NCBI GenBank assembly: GCA_964016885.1
Contig: OZ024745.1
Span: 7,192,001 to 7,256,000, forward strand
Reading direction: 5' to 3'
Length of the DNA: 64,000 bases
From: Eledone cirrhosa
Lineage: Eukaryota
Both the position numbers and the translations under genes were made by a program. Position 1 is the stretch's first letter. Each line of letters opens with the position of its first letter. Shown in pieces: positions 11,098 to 23,494 of the stretch. The notes under the pieces are model-generated. The model saw nothing but the letters and a program-made list of their open reading frames with translations. It made no database searches and was not told where the DNA came from.

Positions 11098-13859
11098 TTG
11101 TTGTCCTTGAATGCACGTAGTCTATGCAATAAGATTCATCTTTTTGACTCCTACGTCAAAAGTATCAACCCGGACTTCATTACAGTCACGGAAACTTGGG
11201 CACATCCCTTACTCTGTGATGGGGTTTTCAGCATGACTGGCTACAACCTGTTTCGTAAAGACCGCATTAATCGTCGTGGTGGTGTAATGGTCTACGTTCG
11301 GTCAAATCTGTCGGCAATTCCTTGTGCTGATTTGAACCAATCACAGCAGGAAGTTTTTTTCTGCGATATACGTATGACCATGTCAACACTGCTACTTGGA
11401 GTCGTTTACCGTCCCCCAAATTACCATCAGGACACTCAACTTTGTGATATCCTCAGAGTTGCTGCCAGGAAGACAGCCACTTATGTTTTCATTGCAGGTG
11501 CTTTCAATCACCCTGAGATTGACTGGGAGACCTTTCGTTGGCCGCCAAGTGCAAATGACTTCCTTGAGCTGGTGCTGGACTCGAATTGGTCCCAGGTGGT
11601 CACCTCCCCAATGAGAGGTGACAACACTTTGGAGCTACTCTTCACCACTACTCCTGAAACGGTCATTAGTGTTACTGCTGAGGAACCTTTAGGTGACTCT
11701 GATCATGCTATGATCATTGCCAATCTATCCCTCATGGGCAGTAACAAGAACCACAACCATCTCCAAACTGCTCACTTTGACTGGAATAAAGCAGACTGGA
11801 ACTGTTACTGCACCGAGTTGCAACGGCCAAACTGGCTTGAGTTCTACGACTCTGGAGATGTCAACACTGTACTCCAGAACATCCTGAGCTCAATATGGAC
11901 AGCATGTGCAGCATCGGTGCCACGTAAGCGGAAAAAACATCCCAAAAGCGCAATTTGGGAGACTGCAGCAGTCCGTCTTGCCAGAAAAGAACGGCGCAAT
12001 GCTGAACGTGAGTACAAACTTCACAAATCAGACATTAATAGGAAGAGGCGAAATAGATCGTCCAACCACCTCAAACAGGTGACAAAAAAGCAGTGCTTCA
12101 ATTTGAGCAGCGCATAGCAACCAGCCCTGACAGTAAGGTGTTCTGGAAGTATGTTCACTCAAAGCAGAAGCCTCACTCTCCAGTTGGTCCTCTTCGCAAT
12201 CCCCACCCAAGCCAGGTTACTGACGACCCCAAGGAATGCGCAGAGCTCATTGCTGAATGCTATGCAGGCATTTTCACTATTGAAGACCAGAGTGTACCAT
12301 CTCCACCACCTATGACACCGGACTCTATTACAACCATGGAATTTACACCTGCAATGCTGCGACGTCACCTAAAAAATAAACGCAACCATACCTCTCCTGG
12401 TCTTGATGGTGTTACGTACCTGCTTCTTAAACGTGGTGGGTACTTCCTTCTACACCAGTTATCACGCTTCTTCCAATTCTGTCTGAACAACAGTGCTACT
12501 CCAGAACAGTGGAAAACTGCCAGTGCCATTCCTCTGTTCAAAAAGGGTGACAGCACATCACCTGTGAACTATCGTCCAGTCAGTCTTACTAGTTGCATTG
12601 CCAAACTGATGGAATCCTGTGTCAGAGAAACACTTTGGAACTTCTGGAACTCTCACAGTCTTATCCGGCCCTCGCAATTTGGATTTATTTCCAGCTGCTG
12701 TGATCAACTTATCGAGTTTCTTGAGGACATCACCCGGATCACTGATGGCGGCTCATGGGTGGATGTTGTTTACCTTGACTTTGCGAAGGCCTTCAATTCT
12801 GTGCCACACAAAAGGCTTATGGCAAAACTCTCTGCAATGGGTGTGAAGGATGATCTTTTTAACTGGTTGAAGTCCTTCATTCTCAGTCGAAGAGAGGTAG
12901 TCACGGTTCTGGGACAGCATTCCTCACCATATGAGATGTCATCTGGTGTACCAAAGGGATCTGTTCTTGGCCCCTTTTTGTTTGTGGCATATATTAATGA
13001 CATAGATGCCAACTTAAGGAATGCCACAGTACTAAAGTACGCAGACGACATCAAGCTGTACCTTGAGATAAAAAGGACAGATCCTGAACACTATAGATCT
13101 TGCTTGCAGTCTGACCTGGATACAATGCAACAATGGATCTCAGACTGGCAACTCAAGCTAGCTGTGGACAAGTGCACCACCATGCATTTTGGGAGTAAAA
13201 ACCCAGCGTCCACATACTCCCTCCACAGCACTAATATCAAGAAGTCTTCCTGTGAACGTGACGTGGGCATTACGGTCAGCAGCGATTTGCGTTGGACGAG
13301 GCACGTCTCTAAAATTGTCAAGAGGGCCGAGGGTGTCTTAGCATCACTCAGCAAGACCTTTGTCAGCCGCTCTCCAGATATCTATTTAAGGCTGTATACA
13401 GCTATGGTGCGACCACACTTAGAATTTGCATCACCAGTCTGGAACCCCTATCTTGCTCAGGACATTGACCGCCTGGAAACTGTTCAGAGACGTGCAACCA
13501 AGCGAATACCCTCCATCAGGCATCTACCATACTCTGAGCGCCTTGCTTCCCTGGGCATGGATTCATTGAAGCTCCGACGCCTGGCAACTGACTTGGTAAA
13601 CACCCACAAAATTGTTAACCATGTTGCCAAAAACAACCCTGAGTACCTTTTTGATTTCCATGTGTCTAACACACGTGGACATGCCCACAAAGTAAGAAAA
13701 CAGCACAGTTCCCATGACTTTCGGAAACATTTTTTCACGCTCAGAGTTGCTGAAGCATGGAACAAACTACCTGCATCAGTTGTTAGCTGTCGAGACACTG
13801 CATCCTTTAAGAGATCCGCCAACACTACAGCTAACACATACACACATGTTCTTCCCTGA
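11098..13859 (+). pseudogene. CR1 ORF2 (APE endonuclease + reverse transcriptase), frameshifted near 12095
   Basis: LNARSL, TETW, YRPP and SDH APE motifs; the catalytic GDFN appears as GAFN. RT motifs YRPVSLTS, YLDFAKAF, GVPKGSVLGP and YADD. Confidence 0.9.
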
Positions 13860-14240
13860 CATTTGTGTATTATTCTATGTACTATATTGACGAGTTGTAG
13901 TGCACCTGAGCACTTTACACAATAATTTCATTATTATTATTTTATGTCGTCAAACTTGACGTTGCATATCCCCTCGGCTGCTGCTCGGATACAAGTATCG
14001 TGGTCAGCGAGGAGAGATATCTGGGTGTAGCACGGAGCGATGAAGAGTAAAGGAAAGGAGAGTGCTCTATGTATGCTACAGAGCTATTTAATTAAATATA
14101 TACATATATATGTGTGTGTGTCTGTGTATAAATAAATATATATATATATATATGCAAAAGTTCTATTTAAATTGTTGGGATACAACAAGCAAATATTTTT
14201 ATAACTGATATAAAGCACTCGACAAATATTTGGAGTAAAT

Positions 14241-14471
14241 ATACGATATTAACAAATGGAAACTATATTTATAAAACCATATTTATTTTATTATACATAT
14301 TTCAAGGATACCATGTTAAATTATGGTATGCCTTCATCAGGTATATGGTATATACTGGTATATATTGTATTTTGTCTGATGAAGGCATACCATAATTTAA
14401 CATGGTATCCTTGAAATATGTATAATAAAATAAATATGGTTTTATAAATATAGTTTCCATTTGTTAATATC

Positions 14472-14475
<4 letters not shown>
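14241..14475. repeat. ~100-bp inverted repeat (head-to-head PLE pLTR fragments)
   Basis: 14241-14340 is the reverse complement of 14376-14475, with a 35-nt spacer. Confidence 0.85.
14370..14430 (+). ncRNA. Minimal hammerhead ribozyme
   Basis: TTTTGT/ATAAAA helix I, CTGATGA at 14376, stem II AGG-c-ATACCAT/ATGGTAT-CCT, then GAAA-TATGT-ATA. Confidence 0.75.
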
Positions 14476-14530
<55 letters not shown>

Positions 14531-14698
14531 ACAAAGAAAGTGTGGTAAGAAACCAGGTGGACCATAACGCACCAGAGTATTGGATACTTAGTTTAGTAGA
14601 GTGGGTAATAGGATAAGAGTCAGGACCCCAACGGCTGAGCTCCGGCCGTTTCGACAGCTAGAGCCGAACTTTCCTATAAATATATATATACATAAACT

Positions 14699-14768
<70 letters not shown>

Positions 14769-14947
14769 CGAGGGAAAAGTGGTAAGGAACCAGGTGGACC
14801 ATAACGCACCAAAGTACTCAATATTTAGGGTAGTAGAGTATATATATATATGACCAAAGATTAATATGGTTCGTTGATTACTCAATGAATACAATTTAAC
14901 AATAGATTAAAAGCACTCAACAAGAGGTTTTCCTGGAGTTTTTAATA

Positions 14948-15245
14948 TTATTCAAAATATTAACAAATGAAAGATATTCACATAATCAAAATATATGCTT
15001 TATTATATATATTTCAAAGGTATTGTGTTGTTTGTGGTATATAAACATTGAGATTTGATGAAATAAATCACTGCCAATACTGGAATTGTATAATCAAGAC
15101 CGTAGCGGTATGTCATATATCAAATCATATATTTTATCTGATGAAGACGTACTGAAAAAACAACAACACAATACCTTTGAAATATATATAATAAAGCATA
15201 TATTTTGATTATGTGAATATCTTTCATTTATAATATTTTGAATAT
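14948..15245. repeat. Inverted repeat related to 14241-14475 (pLTR fragments)
   Basis: About 14948-15031 is the reverse complement of about 15159-15245. Confidence 0.7.
15132..15196 (+). ncRNA. Hammerhead ribozyme with a weak helix II
   Basis: TTTAT/ATAAA helix I, CTGATGA at 15138, GAAA at 15179, palindromic ATATATAT helix III. Confidence 0.55.
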
Positions 15246-16889
15246 ACATATATATATATATATGTATATAAGTATTGAAGTTTCCGTTGAAAATTGAAAT
15301 ATATATATATATATACACACACATATATATATATATATATGTGTATATATATATGTGTGTGTGTGTGTGTATATAAATATACACACACATATATATACAT
15401 ATTATATTATATATATACATATAGACACAAACATGTCGCTATAAGTGTGTATGTATATAGTTATATATGTGTAAGTATGTGCGTGTATTTCGGCCCATTT
15501 TCTTTTTCTTTACAGTGGTTTCAAGTTAAAACTTCACATAAATGCTTCTTTTTTCCTCACTTCCTCCCATTCCTTCGATTAACCAATATCTGTAACCCCT
15601 TCCCCTAAATTCTTTACTAGATATTTCTCTCTTTTAAATATCTCTCTCTTAATCTACTTATCTATCACTTTATTACCCTCTTTAGTTATCTTTCTATCAC
15701 CTATCCACCTTCATACTCTTCTCTTCCCGCCCGTTATCTACAGTTCCTTTTTTTCCTTTCTTCTTTTCTTTTATTTTCTTATCGTATTTTTTGTTTAATT
15801 TTATTTTCATTCCTTTTCCTTCTTCTTACAGGAATGTTTAGTTTCTAATGAAATAGCTTTCAACCACCTCTTTCCCGCAACCACATTTTTCTTTGTGCGG
15901 TTCTCCTCTTCTCGCGTGTCCGCTCTCTTTTATATCACTTCTCTATAGGATTTACCTAGTTCCAGTCGATATTTAGCAGCAGTCCGGCCACCGACCACCA
16001 CAGGCTTGGCAACAAATACCAACCGCTGCAACTGCCGTATCTGAAATATCTTCTCCAGTTCAAAGCCGATCATTATTGCCATACATATTTATACAAGCAT
16101 GTGCACACACATCTGAATGCTATCTTCCGGACCGTATCACTTTCAGACTACACTTCTCATTGTTTACTTACTACATCATCCTTTCCCTTTTCTTTCTATC
16201 CTTCCTCCTTTTATTTGATGCTACGGAAAACAAATCCGTAAGTCAACATCTATTAATATTATTAAATAAATAGGAATTTAAAACAAACAAACAAACAAAA
16301 AATAAATTCGTTATAAGTACGGAGGGACAGTATTTAGTCTGTGTACATAATTGTGTATATGTGTAAATATATCACTCAAAGGAGCACATGAAATACACAG
16401 GTAAAAATACCGTTTGATGATGAAAATAATCTATAATAATTCTATATAAACACGCAAATCAATATATATATATAAAATATAGGTATGTGTGCAGTCAAGT
16501 GTGAATTAGTATGGTCGTTCGATCGGTTCTCTCTGAAGTTGAGAGGCTGACATTATAGTACAATGTGTGGAAACATCTTTCTGTCTCTCAACATCCTAAA
16601 GGAACCTCGACATCAACCAACTGTCCCCTCTTTCTTTCGATCAGAATGGATTCTATAGTTGTTCTTTAACAAACATCTTTACTTTCTTTATTGCACTGGA
16701 CCTGTTACTATGGACAAACAGTTTTTCTCCAAGAAAGCACCTTCGGTAAGTTGTACTTTTGAAATATTTTATTTTCTGCCGTCCCGTGATCGAATACAAG
16801 TCGCTCTTTTGTTGTCGTTTATTTTAAATATTCAAATATAACTCATTAGAGTTACTCCTAAATTATCACCAAGTTTTTATTTCATCACC

Positions 16890-17245
16890 ATCATTCCACT
16901 CCTATCGCCATCACCACCATCCCCACTCCTATCGCCATCACCACCATCATTCCACTCCTATCGCCATCACCACCATCCCCACTCCTGTCGCTATCAACAC
17001 TACTATTACCACCATCATCCCCACTATTCCCTCCCCCACTACTATCACCACCATCATCCCCACTATTATCACCACCACCCCCAATATTCCCACCACCGCC
17101 ACTATTCCCTCCCCCACTACTATCACCACCATCATCCCCACTATTATCACCACCACCCCCAATATTCCCACCACCGCCACTACTATTACCACCATCATCC
17201 CCACTATTATCACCACCACCACCCCACCCTCACCACCACAATCAA
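16890..17245. repeat. Degenerate (ACC/ACT/ATC)n compound tandem repeat
   Basis: Repeated blocks such as ACTATCACCACCATCATCCCCACTATT. Confidence 0.85.
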
Positions 17246-19105
17246 CCTCATTCTTTACTTAAACATGTAAATAAAGTTAAAACAACTTAGTCTCATAAAG
17301 ACGTAGAAAAACTTTGATGTTAGTTGAAAGGTGTTTCTTTGAAAAACCACTAATATAGTTCACCTTTCATTTGTATTTATTTAAACTACTTTTATCTTCC
17401 CTCTCGGGCCACGTAACCAAACATCAGTAAAATAGAACTTTTAGCTGATGACAGACCAACAACAACATAACCTTTAAATCTCACCCTATTGTCTTAGGAC
17501 TCAGGTAAGTTTTAAATAGACCATGTCTGGATAGAAGACATAGTGCTGACCTGAGGCTAAACAACAAACAAATTAAATAGTGATGAAATTTAGATTTGTT
17601 TAATAAATTCAAGTGTATTGAAAATTATGTATAACCATGGAGAACAAATGAATCAACAAAAATAGTGTCCACATTACGTATATAATGTTATGATTATAAT
17701 AATTACGAGTCCACACATGGATATTATATGTTCATACTTATATCAATATAGAGAGAGAGGATATCATGTGTATGGCTGTGAGCTTTCCTTTCGTTTCACC
17801 TATGCTTTTATCATTACATCATTATATTTGATTTATTTAATAACTAAATGGGAAAGTTGTGTACGCTGGATGTTATTGCATCGTTGCTGAATTACATGAA
17901 TAAACAGAACTGTTTACATTTATAAGTAAATCTGAATTAAGTCGAATTATAAGTGATGGGTACTTAGAGGACTAGAAGCAAGTACCACTTGTAGCAGGTG
18001 AGAGATGATTAGGTAAGTTGGTATTTGAGGGAATAAACTTTTTGGGGGGGTTCGCTGATGAACACAAAAGCAGAAAAACAGTTTACGAAAATAAAATACT
18101 GACTCCCTTTTATAATTTTTAGTCTATTATCGGTTGTAATATATTTTCTGATATATATATATATATAACTATGTTACATGTAACATCAATTTATTCATTA
18201 TAAATATCACCGACTCACCTCTATGTGTTTATGTTTGTATGATTTTTGCGCATTATACCTCATATAATGCGCAACAAATCCTTTGTTTTTGGAAGTATAT
18301 ATAAATTAGTAGGCTAAACATTATTTGAAAGCAAACGTATATAACTTGGTTATATTTAAAGAATTTATAAATGAACTAGAAATACAAGTGGCCTAAATAC
18401 GGTGCATCTCGAAGATGGACTATTGTGTTGTTTATAAATTGTAAAATAATAATAATTTCTTACATCACCACAGGACAGTAAATTTATAGGAGGTTATGGG
18501 GAGGTTGTTATAGTCAATCGAATCATTTCTTAGGGTATTTGTGATGTTTTTTATTTTTATCGGTGAGATTAAAGTAAAAAATCAACGCCGGCAGGATTTT
18601 ACTTCAACACATTTGTCTGTTGCTCCACTGAAAAATTTTGCGGATATGAGTTCAGGCGATTTAACCAAGACAAGTACTTGATAGGAAGTAACCCTATAAT
18701 AGGAACTAACCCCATAAGTGAGAGTGATGAGATTTGAACGTAAACCATAAAGGGAAGTAATTAAAACATTGTTTCTGTTGTAAGATTTTCTATTTTCTCC
18801 ATTTACTGTTTAATAATAAATATGATTTCTAATATAAACACAGGTTGACTAAAGGAATGTAGTTGATTAAATCGAGTGGAATACTTGAAAGAACTATATT
18901 TTATAGAGCGCATAAAGATGAAAAGGAAAGAAAAACCGGTCAATTGAAATATATATTGATATTTCAAGTGTTCTCACATTAACTTATGAAATCATCAAAA
19001 GATACGTTTTTAGTTTTGCTTCAGCTATCACTATAGCTGAGGCTGTGTTGAAGCATGTCTGGGGTCTTTTTAATATTTTCCAATACTTTATATATATATA
19101 ACATC

Positions 19106-19150
<45 letters not shown>

Positions 19151-19175
19151 TGCAATAAACAACATAAGATAATTA

Positions 19176-19236
19176 TTTCATTTACCAGTGGTTTCTTGAA
19201 AGCAAACAAAATTTGCTTTCAGTCATCAGAATGAAA
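19176..19236 (-). ncRNA. Minimal hammerhead ribozyme
   Basis: Minus strand reads TTCATT-CTGATGA-c-TGAAAGCAAA-ttttg-TTTGCTTTCA-a-GAAA-CCACTG-GTA-AATGAA. Perfect helix I, 10-bp helix II, GUA triplet. Confidence 0.75.
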
Positions 19237-19375
19237 AAATCCTGGTGTATTTATTGACAGTGGATTTTAAAAAACAAAAATATAATCTATATCTATATAT
19301 ATATAACATCATATATATATATTAACCCTTCAAGTAACTGTGTATGTTTTTCTTATATTTACTTCTTGTTGTTTT

Positions 19376-19421
19376 GATTGCCCTGATGAGTCCTTAATAG
19401 GACGAAACATTGTCGGCTAAT
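19376..19421 (+). ncRNA. Minimal type I hammerhead ribozyme with canonical core
   Basis: GCC-CTGATGA-GTCC-ttaata-GGAC-GAAAC-att-GTC-GGC followed by AATAAA, inside a ~250-bp island between (TA)n tracts. Confidence 0.85.
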
Positions 19422-19564
19422 AAAAACTTTTGATGTATTAAAGGATTGTTTGTTTTACTCTCTTAATTTTTGGGCTCTGTTTAACTGCATTGAGCTATAC
19501 CTTTTACTGTCAGTTCTATAATACGAAGAGGGTGTTTAACTCCAACACGCTCCAGTATTTTAAT

Positions 19565-19606
<42 letters not shown>

Positions 19607-20425
19607 TATGCGTGCTTGTATATTTCTGCTTCACTGTTGTATTTTAGAAAAGGTTAAAAACAATCCAATAATCAGAAGTTTTAATTATCCTTTAAAGCCA
19701 TCACAACTCCACAGTTTCTACGGACACTACTGTGTGAAAATGTTTTACTCATAATTCTGCTGAATTTTACGTGAATTCATAACAGAAGCCACCACCCTCT
19801 CTTCTCTGGTCCTACAGTCCTTGCTTTCCTCTTTTAAACTTTTGTAATGTTTTTCTACTTATTTTATAGTCATTAATTCATGTAGTTGCTCATCTGTTGT
19901 GTTTATTTCTATGTATTCTATTGAAATAACCAGTAAGATTAAATTGAAAATTAGTAGAATATTTTAAATATGACCCAGAAGTTAGGAAAAAGAGAAAGTG
20001 AGAATAATTGGATGAAATTTTTCATAGTTTTAATATTTTCCCTTTAATTACCGTTGGAAGTCGCAAAGCATTTTGGGGGACACCGGAAGTAACAGTTTGT
20101 GGTCCCATTTCTTACGAAGCTACATCAATATATCCTATGTCTGTTGACCCCTTTTTTTTATCTCCTGTTATATATATTTGTATCATATATACATTGACTG
20201 AGTTGTCTCCAGGCAGAAGATGTTTCAGGTGTTTTTGTTATGTCAGGTATAACAGGTACCCGATGTGTTTGATGGAAGAGACGAGGGTTCAAATGGTGAC
20301 CCCTGTAATTAAAATATGGGGACCAACCCACACGTCTGCGATTTGTTGTAAGCTGAACGAAAACTTCTCAACTTTTATTTCATATTTCTTCACTATAAAG
20401 TTTATACGTTAGAAAATACACATAA

Positions 20426-20492
20426 GTTATATGCCGTATATAGATATGTTATATGCCGTATATAGATATGTTATATGCCGTATATAGATATG
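20426..20492. repeat. 22-bp tandem repeat, 3 copies
   Basis: GTTATATGCCGTATATAGATAT repeated three times. Confidence 0.85.
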
Positions 20493-20609
20493 TGTAGGTG
20501 TAGAGTACTTTATATATTTATATATCATCTTTCTATGTGTATATATATTTATGAGTGACACAATATTGTGTATATATTTTTAACTTTATAAAGATATATA
20601 TATATATAT

Positions 20610-20641
<32 letters not shown>

Positions 20642-20940
20642 ATTATATATATATATATTATATATATATATATTATATATATATATATTATATATATATA
20701 TATTATATATATATATATTATATATATATATATATTATATATATATATAAATGAAAGGTATATAAAACATTGCAGCGAAAAGCCAACAGTATTCCATAAT
20801 ATATAATATTATTATATATATATATATATAATATTATATATATATAATAATATATATATATATAATATTATATATATATATATATAATATTATATATATA
20901 TATATAATATTATATATATATAATATTATATATATATAAT

Positions 20941-21126
20941 AATTGTTTCTACTTTAGGCACAAGGCCAGCAATTACCCAGTGCATTACTGGTACTTTATT
21001 TTATCGACCCCGTAAGGATGAAAGGCAAAGTCAACCTCGGCGGGATTTGAACTCAGATCGTAAAGGGACGTCACTATGCGTCAAAGCATGGCGTCCGTCC
21101 CTCCACCGATACTGCCAATCCACCCC
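20941..21126 (-). mobile_element. tRNA-derived SINE (family 1)
   Basis: Same sequence as 143-331 and 28049-28232. Confidence 0.85.
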
Positions 21127-21203
21127 AATATTATATATTATGGAATACTGTTGGCTTTTCGCTACAATGTTTTATATACCTTTCATTTATATATATATAT
21201 AAT

Positions 21204-21262
<59 letters not shown>

Positions 21263-21574
21263 ATATATATATATATATAATATATATATATATATATAAT
21301 ATATATATATAATATATATATAATATATATATATATATCTTTATAAATATTTCGTTTCTGAATTTGTTTAGCAAGATTCTTTATCTGAAATCGTGTGTTG
21401 AAACCGATATTGTTATACTTTGGGAGGGTCATGTTGCCAATAAGAAACACACGCACCAGTTGCTTTCACTTCAATTTATTATATATTTATAAATTTATAA
21501 ATTTACAAATCTACAAACTTATAAATTTCTGGTTGGTTGGTTGGTTCCACAACCAGATAGTTGTTTATATATAT

Positions 21575-21619
21575 AGTCATAGTCCTTTCGTCACACACTC
21601 TGTGACCTCTTCAGTGACT
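21575..21619 (-). ncRNA. Minimal hammerhead ribozyme
   Basis: Reverse complement of 21687-21731. Confidence 0.75.
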
Positions 21620-21686
21620 GGGGATTCCTTTCTTCGTTTCTGTGCCTTTTCTTTCTTCTATCCTACGCCATAAGAAAGGAATCCCC

Positions 21687-21731
21687 AGTCACTGAAGAGG
21701 TCACAGAGTGTGTGACGAAAGGACTATGACT
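21687..21731 (+). ncRNA. Minimal hammerhead ribozyme
   Basis: AGTCA-CTGAAGA-G-GTCACA-gagtg-TGTGAC-GAAA-GGA-CTA-TGACT. Confidence 0.75.
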
Positions 21732-22360
21732 ATATATATAAACAACTATCTGGTTGTGGAACCAACCAACCAACCAGAAATTTATAAGTTTGTAGATTTG
21801 TAAATTTATAAATTTATAAATATATAATAAATTGAAGTGAAAGCAACTGGTGCGTGTGTTTCTTATTGGCACCATGACCCTCCCAAAGTATAACAATATC
21901 TTTATAAAGTTAAAAATATATACACAATATTGTGTCACTTATAAATATATATACACATAGAAAGATGATATATAAATATATAAAGTACTTTACACCTATA
22001 TATAATATATATATATATATAATATTATATATATATATAATATTATATATATATATATAATATATATATATATAATATTATATATATATATAATATTATA
22101 TATATATATATATATAATATATATATATATAATATTATATATATATATAATATTATATATATATATATTTATATAATATTATATATATATATAATATTAT
22201 ATATATATATATATATAATATTATATATATATATATATAATATATATATATATATATTATATATTTATATATATATATATATATTATATATATATATATT
22301 ATATATATATATATTATATATATATATATATATAAGAACAAAAGATGGTTAAAAGAGTTC

Positions 22361-22437
22361 CATGTATTTTATTATGCGCATTTCAAAAACAAATATCGTC
22401 ATGCAATAATATTTGTGTTTTCATCAGATAAAACATG
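22361..22437 (-). ncRNA. Minimal hammerhead ribozyme
   Basis: Minus strand reads TTTTAT-CTGATGA-(AAAC.ACAAATAT/ATATTTGTTTT)-GAAA-TGCGC-ATA-ATAAAA. Helix III ATGCGCAT is palindromic. Confidence 0.8.
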
Positions 22438-23284
22438 AAGACATGATATGAAGGTTAAAAAACACTTGTGGATAGTTCAGTTTTAAATCAACATATGAGA
22501 AGTAGTTTTAGATTGATGTGTGATATTGGGAAAAATATTTTATTTAGAGGGGGGGGGGTGAAAAAGAGGAGAAGATGAGAGTAAAAAGTGGAGAAGGAGG
22601 AGTATAATGAGGAAGGATGAGATAGGAGGAGAGATGGGTGATAGAGAGAGAGAGAGATAGCTTTTATAACTGAGAAAGATATATTGTTTTACATAGAGAG
22701 GTTGAAAACCGTTGGAAGATAATGTATAAATTAAAAGAATTTGAAAATTAACGAAGAGAAAAATAATGTAAAGTTAAGGTTTGTATATTGAGGGGTTTAA
22801 TAATATGTGCGATGAAAAAAGAAAATGTTAATATGTATTGAGAATAATGTTTAAGGGTTTAATAATATGTACGATGTTAAGAAGATGTTGATATGTATTA
22901 TTAAAAGGAACAACAGGTTATTTAAGTAAGGAAATATTGTGAGATGAATGAGTTAGATGAAAGGGAGAAAAGAATAATGAATTGAGGATGAATAATCTAA
23001 CGTCAAAAAATGTATATGTTTACGAAGGATTTTTACAAGGTGATATAGAGTAAGAATATATTGTATTATGGAATAATTGATTCTATGTTAGGCAAGAGTG
23101 AGAAAAGGTACAGATTAGGGGTTAGACATTAAAAGAAGAAGAGAAGAATGAGTAACAAGTATTATAGAATGTATAATAACCTTTGAAATAAGGTAGAAAG
23201 ATGGGTATATTTTTAAAAGAAGTGTATATATATATATATATGTGCCTTTGAGAAAAAGATTCTAAATTGATAAAGAATTGAATA

Positions 23285-23494
23285 TTAGCTGTATACTTTG
23301 TGAAATGTTTTATGGAATTTATGCAAGCAGATAGAAAACAGGTCAGTGCGTCTATTTATTATAGAATCTAAATTAGAAATAATGGTAAATTTTTCATTTA
23401 GGCAGAGATTGCAAATTTTGGATAGAGAACTGTTCAAGTATGAAGATGCAGAAGAAACCTTCTTCCAAAAGATGCTATATTTAATATTTTTGTC
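23285..23494 (-). pseudogene. C-terminus of a PLE GIY-YIG endonuclease region (absent from the ORF track because it has no start codon)
   Basis: Manual translation DKNIKYSIFWKKVSSASSY...ICNLCLNEKFTII...INRRTDLFSICLH*. This fits the W...Y...CxLCxxEK...NxRxxL..CxH pattern recalled from PLE C-termini. Confidence 0.65.

Larger units (their letters stand above)
9656..13942 (+). mobile_element. Near full-length CR1-clade LINE
   Basis: ORF1 plus EN-RT ORF2, CR1-type C-terminus TRGH..K..K....RKHFFTLRVAEAWNKLP, short 3' UTR and (ATT)n tail near 13930. The 5' boundary is uncertain. Confidence 0.9.
21348..21895. mobile_element. Head-to-head pair of Penelope-like pLTRs with a 13-bp TSD
   Basis: Arms 21406-21634 and 21672-21900 are reverse complements (one mismatch seen) and match pLTR 4600-4850. 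ATATCTTTATAAA is duplicated at 21335-21347 and 21896-21908. Confidence 0.8.
20495..21998. repeat. Large interrupted inverted repeat
   Basis: 20495-20810 is the reverse complement of 21127-21347 plus 21896-21998. A SINE sits at the centre and a pLTR palindrome is inserted in the right arm. Confidence 0.75.

Noticed and set aside
14590-14670. GAAACGGCCG half-hammerhead on the minus strand between TA tracts
   Set aside because: There is no upstream CTGANGA, so it cannot be called a ribozyme.
16947-17222. Hydrophobic 91-aa ORF resembling a membrane protein
   Set aside because: It is the translation of a degenerate trinucleotide repeat.
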